Source of the DNA: an uncultured virus (IMG/VR IMGVR_UViG_2724679462_000001)
Lineage: Duplodnaviria; Heunggongvirae; Uroviricota; Caudoviricetes
DNA length: 64,000 nucleotides
IMG/VR virus record: IMGVR_UViG_2724679462_000001
Reading direction: 5' to 3' (one strand)
Shown here: piece after piece, positions 49,589 through 59,452 of the stretch
Position numbering within the stretch: position 1 is the first letter of the stretch
How the letters are laid out: every line of letters starts with the position of its first letter
The notes under the pieces: model-generated
Told to the model about the DNA's origin: nothing
The model's input: the letters and a program-made list of their open reading frames with translations, nothing else
Database searches by the model: none
Made by a program: the position numbers and the translations under genes

Positions 49589-50917
49589 ATGGCTAACGGT
49601 ACGAACCCGGACGGCACATCCAACCCGAATGGCACGCCTGCAGCGCCTGATTTAACAGACGTATTCGCAAAAGCAGGAGTGACTCCCGCCGATGCAGTGG
49701 ATTCGGTGCTGTTGGGGACACCGCAGACGACGCGAGGAACCGCAGCCTTGGCGAGTGCCTATTACGGCATCAACCATCGTCAGACGCCCGCAGCCATTCC
49801 GAGAAATAAAGACGTCTTTGGCTTGACGTTCTTTACGCGGCCCAACCTGAACCTGACGTTAGGGAACCTGCGCGCGGTGCGCTTGTTCAATCCGCTAACG
49901 ACCACGAATCAGTACAGCCTTCAAAGAATTATTCGTTGCTACCTCGACCCGCGCAGCAACCAAGGCGGCAATGCCGGTCAAGCGTCGGTGCTTTCGCCCA
50001 TGGTCGATCCTCAGCAGGCATTCATCCCGATTCTGACGAACACGCTACAGTCAATTTCGGGTTGGCCTGATGTCATCGTGCCTTACGCAACGTCCCACGA
50101 GGGCGTGTATAAGGAGGTGTTTGGACTCGTTGACGGAGTCACCGAGTTCTATGGAACATACGATATAACGGCCAATTTCCGGAACATTCCAGGCGATCCG
50201 GTGACTGCGCTCTTCCTGTATTGGGCGCATTACATGTCGAACGTGTATCAGGGGAACATGACACCGTATCCCGACATGATCATCGAAAACGAGATCGATT
50301 ATCAGACCCGGATCTATCGCCTCGTGCTGGATCCGACCAAGACCAAGGTCCAGAAGATCGCTGCGTGCGGAGCAGCCTTCCCGACTGCATCACCGATCGG
50401 CGGTGTCTCATTCAACTACGACCATGAGAAGCCGTACAACCAATCCAACGATGACATCAGCATTCCGTTCCAGGCGTTCGGAGTGGTCTATCAAGATCCG
50501 ATTCTGCTGTACACCTTCAACCGCACGGTCTGCGAGTTCAACGACACGATGGCGGACCAGTATCGGAGCTCGCACTACACGAAGGTGTCGATGGGCGCGC
50601 TCGGTATTTTCAACAACCAAGGCTATCCGCGCATCGATCCGGATACGTGGGAGCTGGAATGGTGGGTCGACAACGACGTCTACAAGCGCTTCCTGCCATG
50701 GATGAGCACGACAACGGTTCAAGTGAACAACCAAACATATCAACAGGTGGTCCCGAGCGCCAGCACGCTCTCGACGGGCGCGACACCGGCCGGCAACGGC
50801 AACCAATCGACGGATAGCAGCAACACGCTTTATACCGCGCATAGCGAACCAACTGTGAATCCAACGGTGACGGGAACAGCCATCCGAGCGACACCCAGCT
50901 CGACCAACAATGCCTAA
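49589..50917 (+). CDS. Virion structural protein (phiKZ gp88 position)
   Basis: Start MANGTN (GAGG RBS); GLTFFTRPNLNL, IDYQTRIYRLVLD. Confidence 0.6.
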   Translation: MANGTNPDGTSNPNGTPAAPDLTDVFAKAGVTPADAVDSVLLGTPQTTRGTAALASAYYGINHRQTPAAIPRNKDVFGLTFFTRPNLNLTLGNLRAVRLFNPLTTTNQYSLQRIIRCYLDPRSNQGGNAGQASVLSPMVDPQQAFIPILTNTLQSISGWPDVIVPYATSHEGVYKEVFGLVDGVTEFYGTYDITANFRNIPGDPVTALFLYWAHYMSNVYQGNMTPYPDMIIENEIDYQTRIYRLVLDPTKTKVQKIAACGAAFPTASPIGGVSFNYDHEKPYNQSNDDISIPFQAFGVVYQDPILLYTFNRTVCEFNDTMADQYRSSHYTKVSMGALGIFNNQGYPRIDPDTWELEWWVDNDVYKRFLPWMSTTTVQVNNQTYQQVVPSASTLSTGATPAGNGNQSTDSSNTLYTAHSEPTVNPTVTGTAIRATPSSTNNA

Positions 50918-50929
50918 GGAACAATCAGC

Positions 50930-53902
50930 GTGACAACGACTTCGCTTTCGATTACGAGCGTCCCCTCGGGCAGCCCGACGATCGCCGATCTGATCGATAA
51001 CATCCTCGATTACCAGTACAACCCTGCCGGCATTAACCAGGTGGCGTTCAACTATTTGAATGAAGTGACGAACGGCTCGGTGACGATCGTCGACCCGACG
51101 AACCCCTACGTGCACGCGATGGAGACGAGTGCGGTGAATACCGCGGCGTTCCTGCAGCAGAATCAGGCGTTGACACGCAAGCGGTACGTGGTCGCGGCCC
51201 AGACGATGAGCGACCTGTATCTGCATATGTCGGATACCGACTACGTCAATCGATTCGCCACGCCAGCAACGACCACCTGGTCCATGTTGATTGGGGAAAC
51301 GGAACTGCTGAGTAAGCTCGTGCTGGATCCGTCGACCGGTCTCAAGAAGATGGTGATTCCGCGCAACACCTTCTTCACGGTGGGCGATGTCCAGTTCAGC
51401 CTTCAATACCCGATCGTCATTCAGCAGATGGCGCACGGTGGCCTGAGCATCACCTACGACACCACGACGACCTCGCCACTGCAAACGCTCTCGTCGAATC
51501 TCGTGCAGTGGTCGTATCGCCCGGCTGCGGATCAGACCTGGGTGTACCTGGAGTTCCCGGTTCAGCAGTTCGACATCATCACCCGAAACGGCACGTGCTC
51601 GCCGGCGCAGGCGTTCAACCTGACGATTCCAGTCAGCGACCAGTTCTACTACTGCCGTGTGTACTCGCAGGATCCGACCACCAAGCTTTGGAACGAGCTG
51701 GAGGTAACGTACTCGACGGAGGTCTACGATCCGTTGACGCCGACGGCAGTGATCACGCTGGACACCAACACCCAGACGGGTGGTACGGAAGCGACCGTCA
51801 TGATCCCGCAGGTCTATACGACGACTCGGATGCTGAACCAGAACATCCGGATCGATCTGTACGAGACGAAGGGTCCGCTCAACATGAATCTCTCCAACTA
51901 CGACAGCAGCGCTTTTGCTGCGACGTTCTTGGCGATCGATTCGAACGATTCCACGGTCTACACCGCGCCGGTGAACACCTTCCAGTCGCTCATCACGTAC
52001 TCCGATCAGGTGGTGCTCGGTGGTACGGACGCAGTGGACTTTGCGACGCTGCGCCAGCAGGTCATCGACAACTCGGTCGGGCCGCAGTCTCTGCCGATCA
52101 CACCGGCCCAGATCACCGACGTCCTGAACCAGCAGGGCTTTGGCGTGGTGAAGAACATCGACAACATCACGGACCGAACTTTCCTCGCGACGGCGCCGAT
52201 GCCGCAGCCCACGGACTCGACCCTGATCACGGCAGCGAACAGTACGATCGAGACGGTGACGACGTCGGTCTCGGAGGCGGTGACCAACAGTGCGGTGATC
52301 GACAACGGCACGAGCATCACGTTCACGCCGAAGATGCTGTATCAGAACAAGAACGGCGTCGTAACGATGGTGACCGATGCCGTGCTGAACCAGCTCAACG
52401 CGATGACGGTCAGCAACAAGGCGCTGGCAATCAGTGCGGGCAATTACCTGTGGAGCCCGTTCCACTATGTCGTCGACATGACGAAGAGTGAACTGGCCTT
52501 CCGTCCGTACTATCTGGCGGCACCGAAGGTCGTCACCAAACTGTGGGTCGGCGAGAACGACAGTACGGGTCTGGAGGTGAGCACGAACACGTACAGTCTG
52601 GTCACGACGGACACCGGGTACAAGCTCACGCTGGCGACCACCTCGAGCGCAGCGTACCAGGCGCTCAACGACACGGAAGTGTACTGCCAGCTTTCGTTCA
52701 TCCCGCCTGGCGAAACGGCACGGGCGTATCTGCAGGGCACGCTCGCTGGAAAGACGAGTGCCGGAGAACGACTCTTCGAATTTGATCTCTCGACGAACTT
52801 CAACATCAATTCGAGTGGGTACATGTTCCTGACGAAGTTCTTCATGTACAACGCGACGCCGCGTCTGACGGGTGCAAACCTCACGACGACGTTCGACGTG
52901 GTGTACTCGACGAGCGCAGACATGCCGACGACCTGGGCACAGGGCGCAGTCGATAAGGTGGTGGGTCACTTCCTTGTGCCGTCCAATGCTGCTGGTATCA
53001 CGAACGAGCAGTTGGTGATCGAGCTCGGTCAGTATCTGAACACGCTCTGGTCGCGCAGCCGCAGCGTCGTTTCGACGATCCAGTACGAGACGTACCAGAC
53101 GAACGTGCCGTACTACTACAAGGAGGACATCTACCAGATCGATCCGACCACGGGTAGCGCGATCTCGATCGTCAACGGCGTGCCGAAGTTCACGATCCTC
53201 CATCACAAGGGCGATCCGGTGCTCAACCCGGATGGCACACCGAGCTATCAGCACAAGGTAGGCGACGTGATTCTGGACGGGGCGAACAACCCGATTCCGA
53301 CTAACCCACGCGGCGTCAGTCAGCAGCTCGACATCATGATGATCGATGCGACTTACCGATTCGCAACGGATAGCGTCGCGGCCACCTACGTGCAGCAGCT
53401 TGTCACGACTGTGGTGGGCTGGCTCACCGGGGCGTTCGAGACGATGAACGAGGAACTCCTCGAGAACACATCGCTCTACTACTACCCGGTGGCCAACATG
53501 GGTACGGTGCGAGTGTATGGTCCGGATGGCCTCATCTACAACGTGGATGCCGGTCAGAAGTTCACGGTCACGTGCCTCGTGCCGCCCGCGGTGTTCAACA
53601 ACGATGCGCTCAAGCAGCAACTGCAGGCGACCACGATCTCCACGATCGCGGCACAGCTCAAGAACACCGTCGTATCCAATTCGTCGATCAACGCAGCACT
53701 GACGGCCGTGTACGGCAGCGATGTGGTGAGCTTCGTGCAGTCGGGTCTGGCCGGAAGCTTGAACCTGAACACCATGACGCTGCTCGACCAGTCGACGCAG
53801 TTGGGCATCGCCAAGCAGTTGGTGGCGAACGCCGATGGGTCACTCACGGTGCAGGAAGCAGTCACCGTCAGCTTCGTCGCGTACAACGTGGCGACCAGCT
53901 AA
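50930..53902 (+). CDS. Large virion structural protein, baseplate candidate (phiKZ gp87 position)
   Basis: 990 aa; DPTNPY, LYLHMSD, TKGPL; AAGGA RBS. Confidence 0.65.
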   Translation: MTTTSLSITSVPSGSPTIADLIDNILDYQYNPAGINQVAFNYLNEVTNGSVTIVDPTNPYVHAMETSAVNTAAFLQQNQALTRKRYVVAAQTMSDLYLHMSDTDYVNRFATPATTTWSMLIGETELLSKLVLDPSTGLKKMVIPRNTFFTVGDVQFSLQYPIVIQQMAHGGLSITYDTTTTSPLQTLSSNLVQWSYRPAADQTWVYLEFPVQQFDIITRNGTCSPAQAFNLTIPVSDQFYYCRVYSQDPTTKLWNELEVTYSTEVYDPLTPTAVITLDTNTQTGGTEATVMIPQVYTTTRMLNQNIRIDLYETKGPLNMNLSNYDSSAFAATFLAIDSNDSTVYTAPVNTFQSLITYSDQVVLGGTDAVDFATLRQQVIDNSVGPQSLPITPAQITDVLNQQGFGVVKNIDNITDRTFLATAPMPQPTDSTLITAANSTIETVTTSVSEAVTNSAVIDNGTSITFTPKMLYQNKNGVVTMVTDAVLNQLNAMTVSNKALAISAGNYLWSPFHYVVDMTKSELAFRPYYLAAPKVVTKLWVGENDSTGLEVSTNTYSLVTTDTGYKLTLATTSSAAYQALNDTEVYCQLSFIPPGETARAYLQGTLAGKTSAGERLFEFDLSTNFNINSSGYMFLTKFFMYNATPRLTGANLTTTFDVVYSTSADMPTTWAQGAVDKVVGHFLVPSNAAGITNEQLVIELGQYLNTLWSRSRSVVSTIQYETYQTNVPYYYKEDIYQIDPTTGSAISIVNGVPKFTILHHKGDPVLNPDGTPSYQHKVGDVILDGANNPIPTNPRGVSQQLDIMMIDATYRFATDSVAATYVQQLVTTVVGWLTGAFETMNEELLENTSLYYYPVANMGTVRVYGPDGLIYNVDAGQKFTVTCLVPPAVFNNDALKQQLQATTISTIAAQLKNTVVSNSSINAALTAVYGSDVVSFVQSGLAGSLNLNTMTLLDQSTQLGIAKQLVANADGSLTVQEAVTVSFVAYNVATS

Positions 53903-53908
53903 CAAACA

Positions 53909-53952
53909 GCATAGACGCCAGGGAAGGCCACGAGCCCTCCCTGGCGCTTATG
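53909..53952. terminator. Hairpin between convergent genes
   Basis: CATAGACGCCAGGGA...TCCCTGGCGCTTATG. Confidence 0.75.
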
Positions 53953-53960
53953 ACGCATGG

Positions 53961-55370
53961 TCAGCGAAGCTCTTGCAGACGCTTGCGGTACGACCTGAGT
54001 TGCTCGACCGCTTGTTTCCAGCTCGCCGGTGGCTTCTTGTCTTCGTCTTCGAGGTGAGCGACGACTTTCCTTGCCACCTCTTCGGCGAAAGCGACCGCCT
54101 GCACAGCGAGATAGGACAAGTGACCGGTGTAATACTGCACCTGAGCCATGATCGCCTGAAGGTCTGCCAAGTCCTTGCCCATCACGAAGATCGCATGACG
54201 CAAGTCCGAACCGATTGTCGTCGAATGGGCACCTTCTGCGCCATCGACTGAGAAGCGCTTCGCAGCAACTTCCATCTGGGTCAGATGTTCCCGCATCGTC
54301 GCCATCGGCGTGACAACAGCGCGCATCTCAAGAAACAGCTTCGGAACATTCGCGCTTTTGAAGGCCTCCTCCATCACCCCGAACAGCTTGTCGAAGTTCA
54401 GATCCTCGTGAGCTTGCTTTCCCTCCGCGGAGGCACGCAGATTCGTGATCTCGGAGGAGAGGGCGTTGAGCGTCATCTTCCGGCCATCGTACTCGACTTC
54501 CATCGGCTGGAGCAGTGGTTTCAACGCGGCGACGTTCTTCATCTTGTCGATGGCGAAGTTCGGCTGCTTCAAGTCTCGCTCAGCGATCTCCTGGAGCAAC
54601 GCGATGCGCTGCTGCATGACGAGCTTCAAGGCGGAGAAGAGCGGTGCAACCCGCGTCATCTCCTGCGAATACTCGCCCTTGCTGACGATGTCGTGAAAGA
54701 CCGGGTCACGCTGACTCAGGAACATGAGCACTCGCTGGTCGCGCGCCTCTTGCCTGAAGAACGTATCGATCACCCTCTGCATCGTGAAGATGCCTTCGTT
54801 GTCCTCGCCCGCGTACTCGCTATCCGGCTTGATGCGATACGGACGGTTCTCGAACGCATGCATGGCCGTGCGCAGTTCCTTCGATGCCTTCTCGAATTCC
54901 TCGGCCGCCTTCTCTGCTTGCTTGGCCTTGCGCTCCAGTTCCGCTTCGGCATTTTCAGCGGTCGGCTTGTCGTCCCCAGAGAGCCACTTGAAGATCTTGT
55001 AAATGACGGCGATCACCGCAGCGATGCCCGCCGCAATCAAGATCCAGATCCCCTTGCCGATCGACTCCAGCGACACCTTCAGACGAGTCGAGGTCGGCTG
55101 TACCGAGTAGTAGGCAACCGGCGCCTTCCCACCGAAGTCCGGCAAGATGCGCAGGCCTTCCATCGCGAGCGCCTGGCTCATGCCACGCTGCTCCTCGATT
55201 TCACGCCGCAAGACGAGCAAGTCCTCGACACGCTCTTCCATCGAGAAGAGTTCGACCACCTCTTCGTCGAACTCCGGTGCCACGCCCGTACCGATCGTTT
55301 CCACGATCTGCGGCACCAATTCCAGATCCGTGTCGAAGTCCAAACCCGCGTTCAGACTTTGATTGAACAT
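53961..55370 (-). CDS. Head protein with SLE site followed by hydrophobic helix (phiKZ gp86 position)
   Basis: Start MFNQSL; SME, AME, SLE; GIWILIAAGIAAVIAVIY. Confidence 0.6.
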   Translation of the reverse strand: MFNQSLNAGLDFDTDLELVPQIVETIGTGVAPEFDEEVVELFSMEERVEDLLVLRREIEEQRGMSQALAMEGLRILPDFGGKAPVAYYSVQPTSTRLKVSLESIGKGIWILIAAGIAAVIAVIYKIFKWLSGDDKPTAENAEAELERKAKQAEKAAEEFEKASKELRTAMHAFENRPYRIKPDSEYAGEDNEGIFTMQRVIDTFFRQEARDQRVLMFLSQRDPVFHDIVSKGEYSQEMTRVAPLFSALKLVMQQRIALLQEIAERDLKQPNFAIDKMKNVAALKPLLQPMEVEYDGRKMTLNALSSEITNLRASAEGKQAHEDLNFDKLFGVMEEAFKSANVPKLFLEMRAVVTPMATMREHLTQMEVAAKRFSVDGAEGAHSTTIGSDLRHAIFVMGKDLADLQAIMAQVQYYTGHLSYLAVQAVAFAEEVARKVVAHLEDEDKKPPASWKQAVEQLRSYRKRLQELR

Positions 55371-55816
55371 CAGACAGCTCCGTTCATAAGATCGAAAGCA
55401 AGCTGCGCGAGCGCGAGAATCTCGACCTTGTGTTCGTTGTTGAACTGGTGACTGTCGCCATCCACCCACTCAGCGACGCCGAGCAGGTTGTCGTAGAAGC
55501 CGAGGTCCAGGTCGATGATCACCTGGCCGCACGGATGCACTGCGTGGTAACGCAGGAACCAGAACTCGCGGACCTGGGCGAGCGCGTGCTTCACGTCGAA
55601 GACGACTTGCTCGTTGAAGCCCGCGATCAGCTCCATCACCTGCGGCAGCACGGTGAAGTTGTAGTGCGTGCTCGGCGCGTCGACTGGCGCCGAGGGGATC
55701 GACACGAGTCGCGATGCAGCCAGCGCAACGGCCGTGCCGATGATACGGCCGCGATCGCCCAACGACGAAATGGCGGTGTCTGCGCGATTGTAGAAAGAAA
55801 TGAATTGCGGTTTCAT
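55370..55816 (-). CDS. Virion protein (phiKZ gp85 position)
   Basis: 148 aa; TGATG coupling; synteny. Confidence 0.55.
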   Translation of the reverse strand: MKPQFISFYNRADTAISSLGDRGRIIGTAVALAASRLVSIPSAPVDAPSTHYNFTVLPQVMELIAGFNEQVVFDVKHALAQVREFWFLRYHAVHPCGQVIIDLDLGFYDNLLGVAEWVDGDSHQFNNEHKVEILALAQLAFDLMNGAV

Positions 55817-55837
55817 GATGTCAGCTCGTGGTTGTGG

Positions 55838-57121
55838 TTAGGCAAACTGCCGAAGCGATGCGGCTCGTACGAAGAGGTCGTTGTTCGCGATGGTCTCCAG
55901 CTCGCGCTGCAGCTTCTCTTGCGAAATGCGACGGCGGCGAACCGGCGAAAGGAAATCGCGCACGTAGCCGAGCAACTGCTGTCGGTCTTTCACGCCCGCG
56001 ATGACTTCGTCGATCACCGTGAGGTCTTCGGTGTACGAGGTGATCTGTTCTTCCGTCAGCTTCTTGTTCTTCATCGCTTCGACCAGCTGATCGCGCACGC
56101 GGCCGAAACGCACTTTGGAGAGCGCGTAGACGTCTTCTTCCATTTCGAGCGAGTCCGACGCGCACATGAGGAAGCACAGGACCCAGCTAACACCATAGGT
56201 GAGTGGGCCGGCGGCCATCATGGCGAGCTTCACGGCTTCCGTGAACAGGTAGGAGACCGTGCTGCGGTACTGGATGTGGCCGGAGTCACGCATGAGCTTG
56301 TCGAGGGCCGTGACGATGTCGCGACCAGCACCATGGCGAGCAGCGAACTGGTCAGCCAGCACTTCGAAGCTGTTCATGTCGTAGAGCGACGTGCCGAGTT
56401 CCGATTCGATCTCGCGCGCGATGTTCGAAACCACGACAGTCTCGATCACCCTCTTGTCCGAGGACTTGGCAAGCGCTTCAGCATCGAGGTCCTTCAGACC
56501 GGCCGCGTCCTTCACCTTCACGAGCACAGCTTCACGATCTTTCACGTTGCCCGACTGGTCGAGCTTCTTCGAAAGGCCCGCCAGGATCTGGTTGGTCGAG
56601 AGCGTGGCGCTGATCAGCTCGAAGTAGCCGAAGACATGTCCCAGTTCGTGCAGGACCGTCGATGCGATTTCGGCCGGCGTCAACCGTTTGCGGAAGAACG
56701 TGTCAACCGGCATGTACATCGTGCTTTCGACGTTGCTGAACACGCCGGATACACGACCATTCTTGCGGTCCACGCGGCCGAGCGGTCGCACCTTCGCATC
56801 CGCGATCAGCTTGTCACCGTCGGTGTTCGGTAGGTATTGCTGCCGCACCCAGTCCGCCCAGCGGATGAGCACCGGATTGTTCTTGTTGATGAACGGCGGC
56901 ATCACAGCCGGACCCGAATCGCCCCACATGATCCGAACGTTCATTCCGGTGTAGTGCGCGATCAGCGACGACAGCTGCTGCGCTGCCGGATGGTCCGGAA
57001 GGGATTCCGCGCTTAGGTCGCTCAGCTCGGTGAAGATCCCGGTCAACTCACGGAAGAAGGCGCCCGACTGGAAGTCGATGCCTTCCACAGCGATCGCAAG
57101 CGTGCGGTTCTTAAGCCACAT
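55838..57121 (-). CDS. Virion protein with zincin HExxH motif
   Basis: VLHELGH and EVLADQFA; AVE motif near N-terminus; hydrophobic hairpin. Confidence 0.65.
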   Translation of the reverse strand: MWLKNRTLAIAVEGIDFQSGAFFRELTGIFTELSDLSAESLPDHPAAQQLSSLIAHYTGMNVRIMWGDSGPAVMPPFINKNNPVLIRWADWVRQQYLPNTDGDKLIADAKVRPLGRVDRKNGRVSGVFSNVESTMYMPVDTFFRKRLTPAEIASTVLHELGHVFGYFELISATLSTNQILAGLSKKLDQSGNVKDREAVLVKVKDAAGLKDLDAEALAKSSDKRVIETVVVSNIAREIESELGTSLYDMNSFEVLADQFAARHGAGRDIVTALDKLMRDSGHIQYRSTVSYLFTEAVKLAMMAAGPLTYGVSWVLCFLMCASDSLEMEEDVYALSKVRFGRVRDQLVEAMKNKKLTEEQITSYTEDLTVIDEVIAGVKDRQQLLGYVRDFLSPVRRRRISQEKLQRELETIANNDLFVRAASLRQFA

Positions 57122-57247
57122 GGCGTGCGTCCTTAAAGAGGGAAGTGAAAACTAACCTAGGCTCCTCATGCTGTGTATTCAGCCAGGAGTCGCTAGTGGT
57201 CATAGTGATTACTGGGCTTTCCCTCACGAATTCCCAGCACCGCCACC

Positions 57248-59065
57248 ATGTCAAACGCAGCAAATCAGCAGGAGATCAAGGGCTACGAGTGCAAGCACGT
57301 CGTCTATTGCCCGCCTCCGAAATACGAACGCGGTGACTACCACCTCGTGAAAGAAATCATCCACTTCAAGGACGGCACGACGAAGCCCAACGTCCGGATG
57401 CTCAAGGATTACAAGCGCGACTTCTATGTGACGAAGAAGGGCTACCGCACGCACAAGGACAAGAAGGAGTGGGAAAAGATCGAGCGGCTGGACAAGCTCC
57501 AGTCGACGCAGTCCGAGCTGAATTTTTCGATAGCGAAGGCGCTCGGCATGGCGGGCATGAAGGGCGATCCGCGTGTGATGAAGCGGTCCCCGTATCTGTA
57601 CGGCAGCGACATCCTGTCCACGTGCGTCATCAAGAAGATGTACATGGACAAGTTCCCGGACCTCAACACGCAATACAGCGTGGCGTGCTTCGACATCGAA
57701 GCGGACGTGGTTGAAGGCGAGAACGACATCATCATGGCGACACTCTCGTTCAAGGATCGTGTCTTCACCGCCATCCAGAAGCGTTACATCGGCAACCTCC
57801 ATCAGGCGGAGGAGAAGCTACGGCAAAAGTTCGATCACCACATCGGTGATGTGTACGCCGATCGCAACATCAAGTGGGAAATGATGATCGTCGAGCGTCC
57901 CGTCGACATCGTTCTTGAGTGCTTTAAGCGCGCCCACGAATGGAAGCCTGATTTCGTAGCGATCTGGAACATCGCCTACGACATGAAGAAGATCCTGGAG
58001 TGCCTGGAGAAGGCTGGTTATCGGCCGGAAGACGTCTTCAGCGATCCGGCCGTGCCGATTCGCTACCGGCACTTCAACTTCAAGCTGGGTCCGAACATGA
58101 AGGTGACGGCCTCAGGCAAGAAGAGTCCGATTCCGCCGCAGGCTCAGTGGCACACCGTGTTCTGTCCCGCGAGCTTCTATTTCATCGACGCGATGTGCGT
58201 CTACTGGAACCTGCGAAGCCAGAAGGGGAAGGATCCGTCGTACTCGCTGGACTTCATCCTGCGCAAGACCTTCAAGGACAAGATCAGGAAGCTCAAGTTC
58301 GAAGAGGGTGCTCACCTGCGCGGGATCGACTGGCACCTGTTCATGCAGAAGCACTACAAGCTCGAATACGTGATCTACAACGCGTTCGACTGCGTGTCCA
58401 TGGAACTGCTCGATGAGGCGACGAAGGACTTGCAGCTGACCATGCCGAGTTTCGCGGGCTGGACGGACTTCTGCAACTTCAATTCACAGCCACGGCGACT
58501 GGTCGACAAACTTCACTACTACTGCCTGGAAGAGGCAGAAGAGAAGCGTGTGATTGGCAGCACGTCGGATGAGATGAAGACCGAGATGGACGATCTCACG
58601 CTCGGGCTGAATAACTGGATCGTGACCTTGCCGGCTCACTTGGTCGCAGACAACGGTCTCTGCATCATCGAAGAAAACGACATGTTGCGGACCAACATAC
58701 GTGGACACGTTGGGGATCTCGATGTGTCGGCCAGTTATCCGAACGGCGAGTGCGTCTTCAACATCTCGAAGGAAACGACCTACAAGGAGCTCTGCAAGAT
58801 CCAGGGCGTCAGTGAACGAACGCAGCGCTTGCAGGGCATCAATCTGTCCGGTGGTGCTACGAATGCGGTGGAGTTCGCCTGCGAGATGTTCGGCATGCCT
58901 ACGCTGGACCAATGGCTCGAAGCCTTTGCTGAAACACAGGGTCAGACGTTCGAGATTCCGAAGTACACGAAGCTACTCACCCGTGCGGACACCGTCTCCA
59001 CATCAGGCGAGGACTTCTACGACGACGACGAGGACGATGACGACGAAGATGAATCAGATTTTTGA
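57248..59065 (+). CDS. N-terminal subunit of split family-B DNA polymerase (3'-5' exonuclease + motif A)
   Basis: ExoI FDIEAD, ExoII WNIAYD, ExoIII YNAFD, motif A DLDVSASYP...NIS.ET; no motif B/C. Confidence 0.85.
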   Translation: MSNAANQQEIKGYECKHVVYCPPPKYERGDYHLVKEIIHFKDGTTKPNVRMLKDYKRDFYVTKKGYRTHKDKKEWEKIERLDKLQSTQSELNFSIAKALGMAGMKGDPRVMKRSPYLYGSDILSTCVIKKMYMDKFPDLNTQYSVACFDIEADVVEGENDIIMATLSFKDRVFTAIQKRYIGNLHQAEEKLRQKFDHHIGDVYADRNIKWEMMIVERPVDIVLECFKRAHEWKPDFVAIWNIAYDMKKILECLEKAGYRPEDVFSDPAVPIRYRHFNFKLGPNMKVTASGKKSPIPPQAQWHTVFCPASFYFIDAMCVYWNLRSQKGKDPSYSLDFILRKTFKDKIRKLKFEEGAHLRGIDWHLFMQKHYKLEYVIYNAFDCVSMELLDEATKDLQLTMPSFAGWTDFCNFNSQPRRLVDKLHYYCLEEAEEKRVIGSTSDEMKTEMDDLTLGLNNWIVTLPAHLVADNGLCIIEENDMLRTNIRGHVGDLDVSASYPNGECVFNISKETTYKELCKIQGVSERTQRLQGINLSGGATNAVEFACEMFGMPTLDQWLEAFAETQGQTFEIPKYTKLLTRADTVSTSGEDFYDDDEDDDDEDESDF

Positions 59066-59074
59066 AGCGAGTAA

Positions 59075-59362
59075 ATGATGAAGAAGTTGGTTGACATCCC
59101 GATGCGGGATTTGGAGGACCTGCTGGACTGGCACGCTGGTCAGGCAGAGCGTCACGAAAGGCTGGAGAAGCAGCATACTGAGAAGTATGCGCGGTTTGGA
59201 AAGCACGGTGCGTGCATCGTGCGCGGTGACCAGAAGCGGGCTGACTTCCATCGACGAGCGGTGAAAGTCGTTGCATCGGCCCTGGATGATCGCGCTCTGA
59301 CTCAGTGCAAGGAGAACTGCACTGTGCCAGCCGGACAGACGTGCTGTGCCGTAACCGCGTGA
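59075..59362 (+). CDS. Hypothetical protein with Cys-rich C-terminus
   Basis: 95 aa between polymerase gene and hairpin. Confidence 0.55.
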   Translation: MMKKLVDIPMRDLEDLLDWHAGQAERHERLEKQHTEKYARFGKHGACIVRGDQKRADFHRRAVKVVASALDDRALTQCKENCTVPAGQTCCAVTA

Positions 59363-59381
59363 ACCAAAAAACGCGAAGAGC

Positions 59382-59422
59382 GAACATAGGCCTTCTCCCC
59401 TGCGGGAGAGGGTCCTATGTTC
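59382..59422. terminator. Hairpin between convergent genes
   Basis: GAACATAGG..TCTCCC-CTGC-GGGAGA..CCTATGTTC. Confidence 0.75.
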
Positions 59423-59452
59423 AGAATCGCGAAAATTCTCGCAGTGGTGTGC

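Noticed and set aside
50408..53620. 1070-aa minus-strand ORF
   Set aside because: Antisense to the 990-aa structural gene; R/H/V-rich shadow translation
38746..56833. Other long antisense ORFs (38746, 41583, 47013, 54285, 55430)
   Set aside because: Same shadow-frame artefact over well-supported genes
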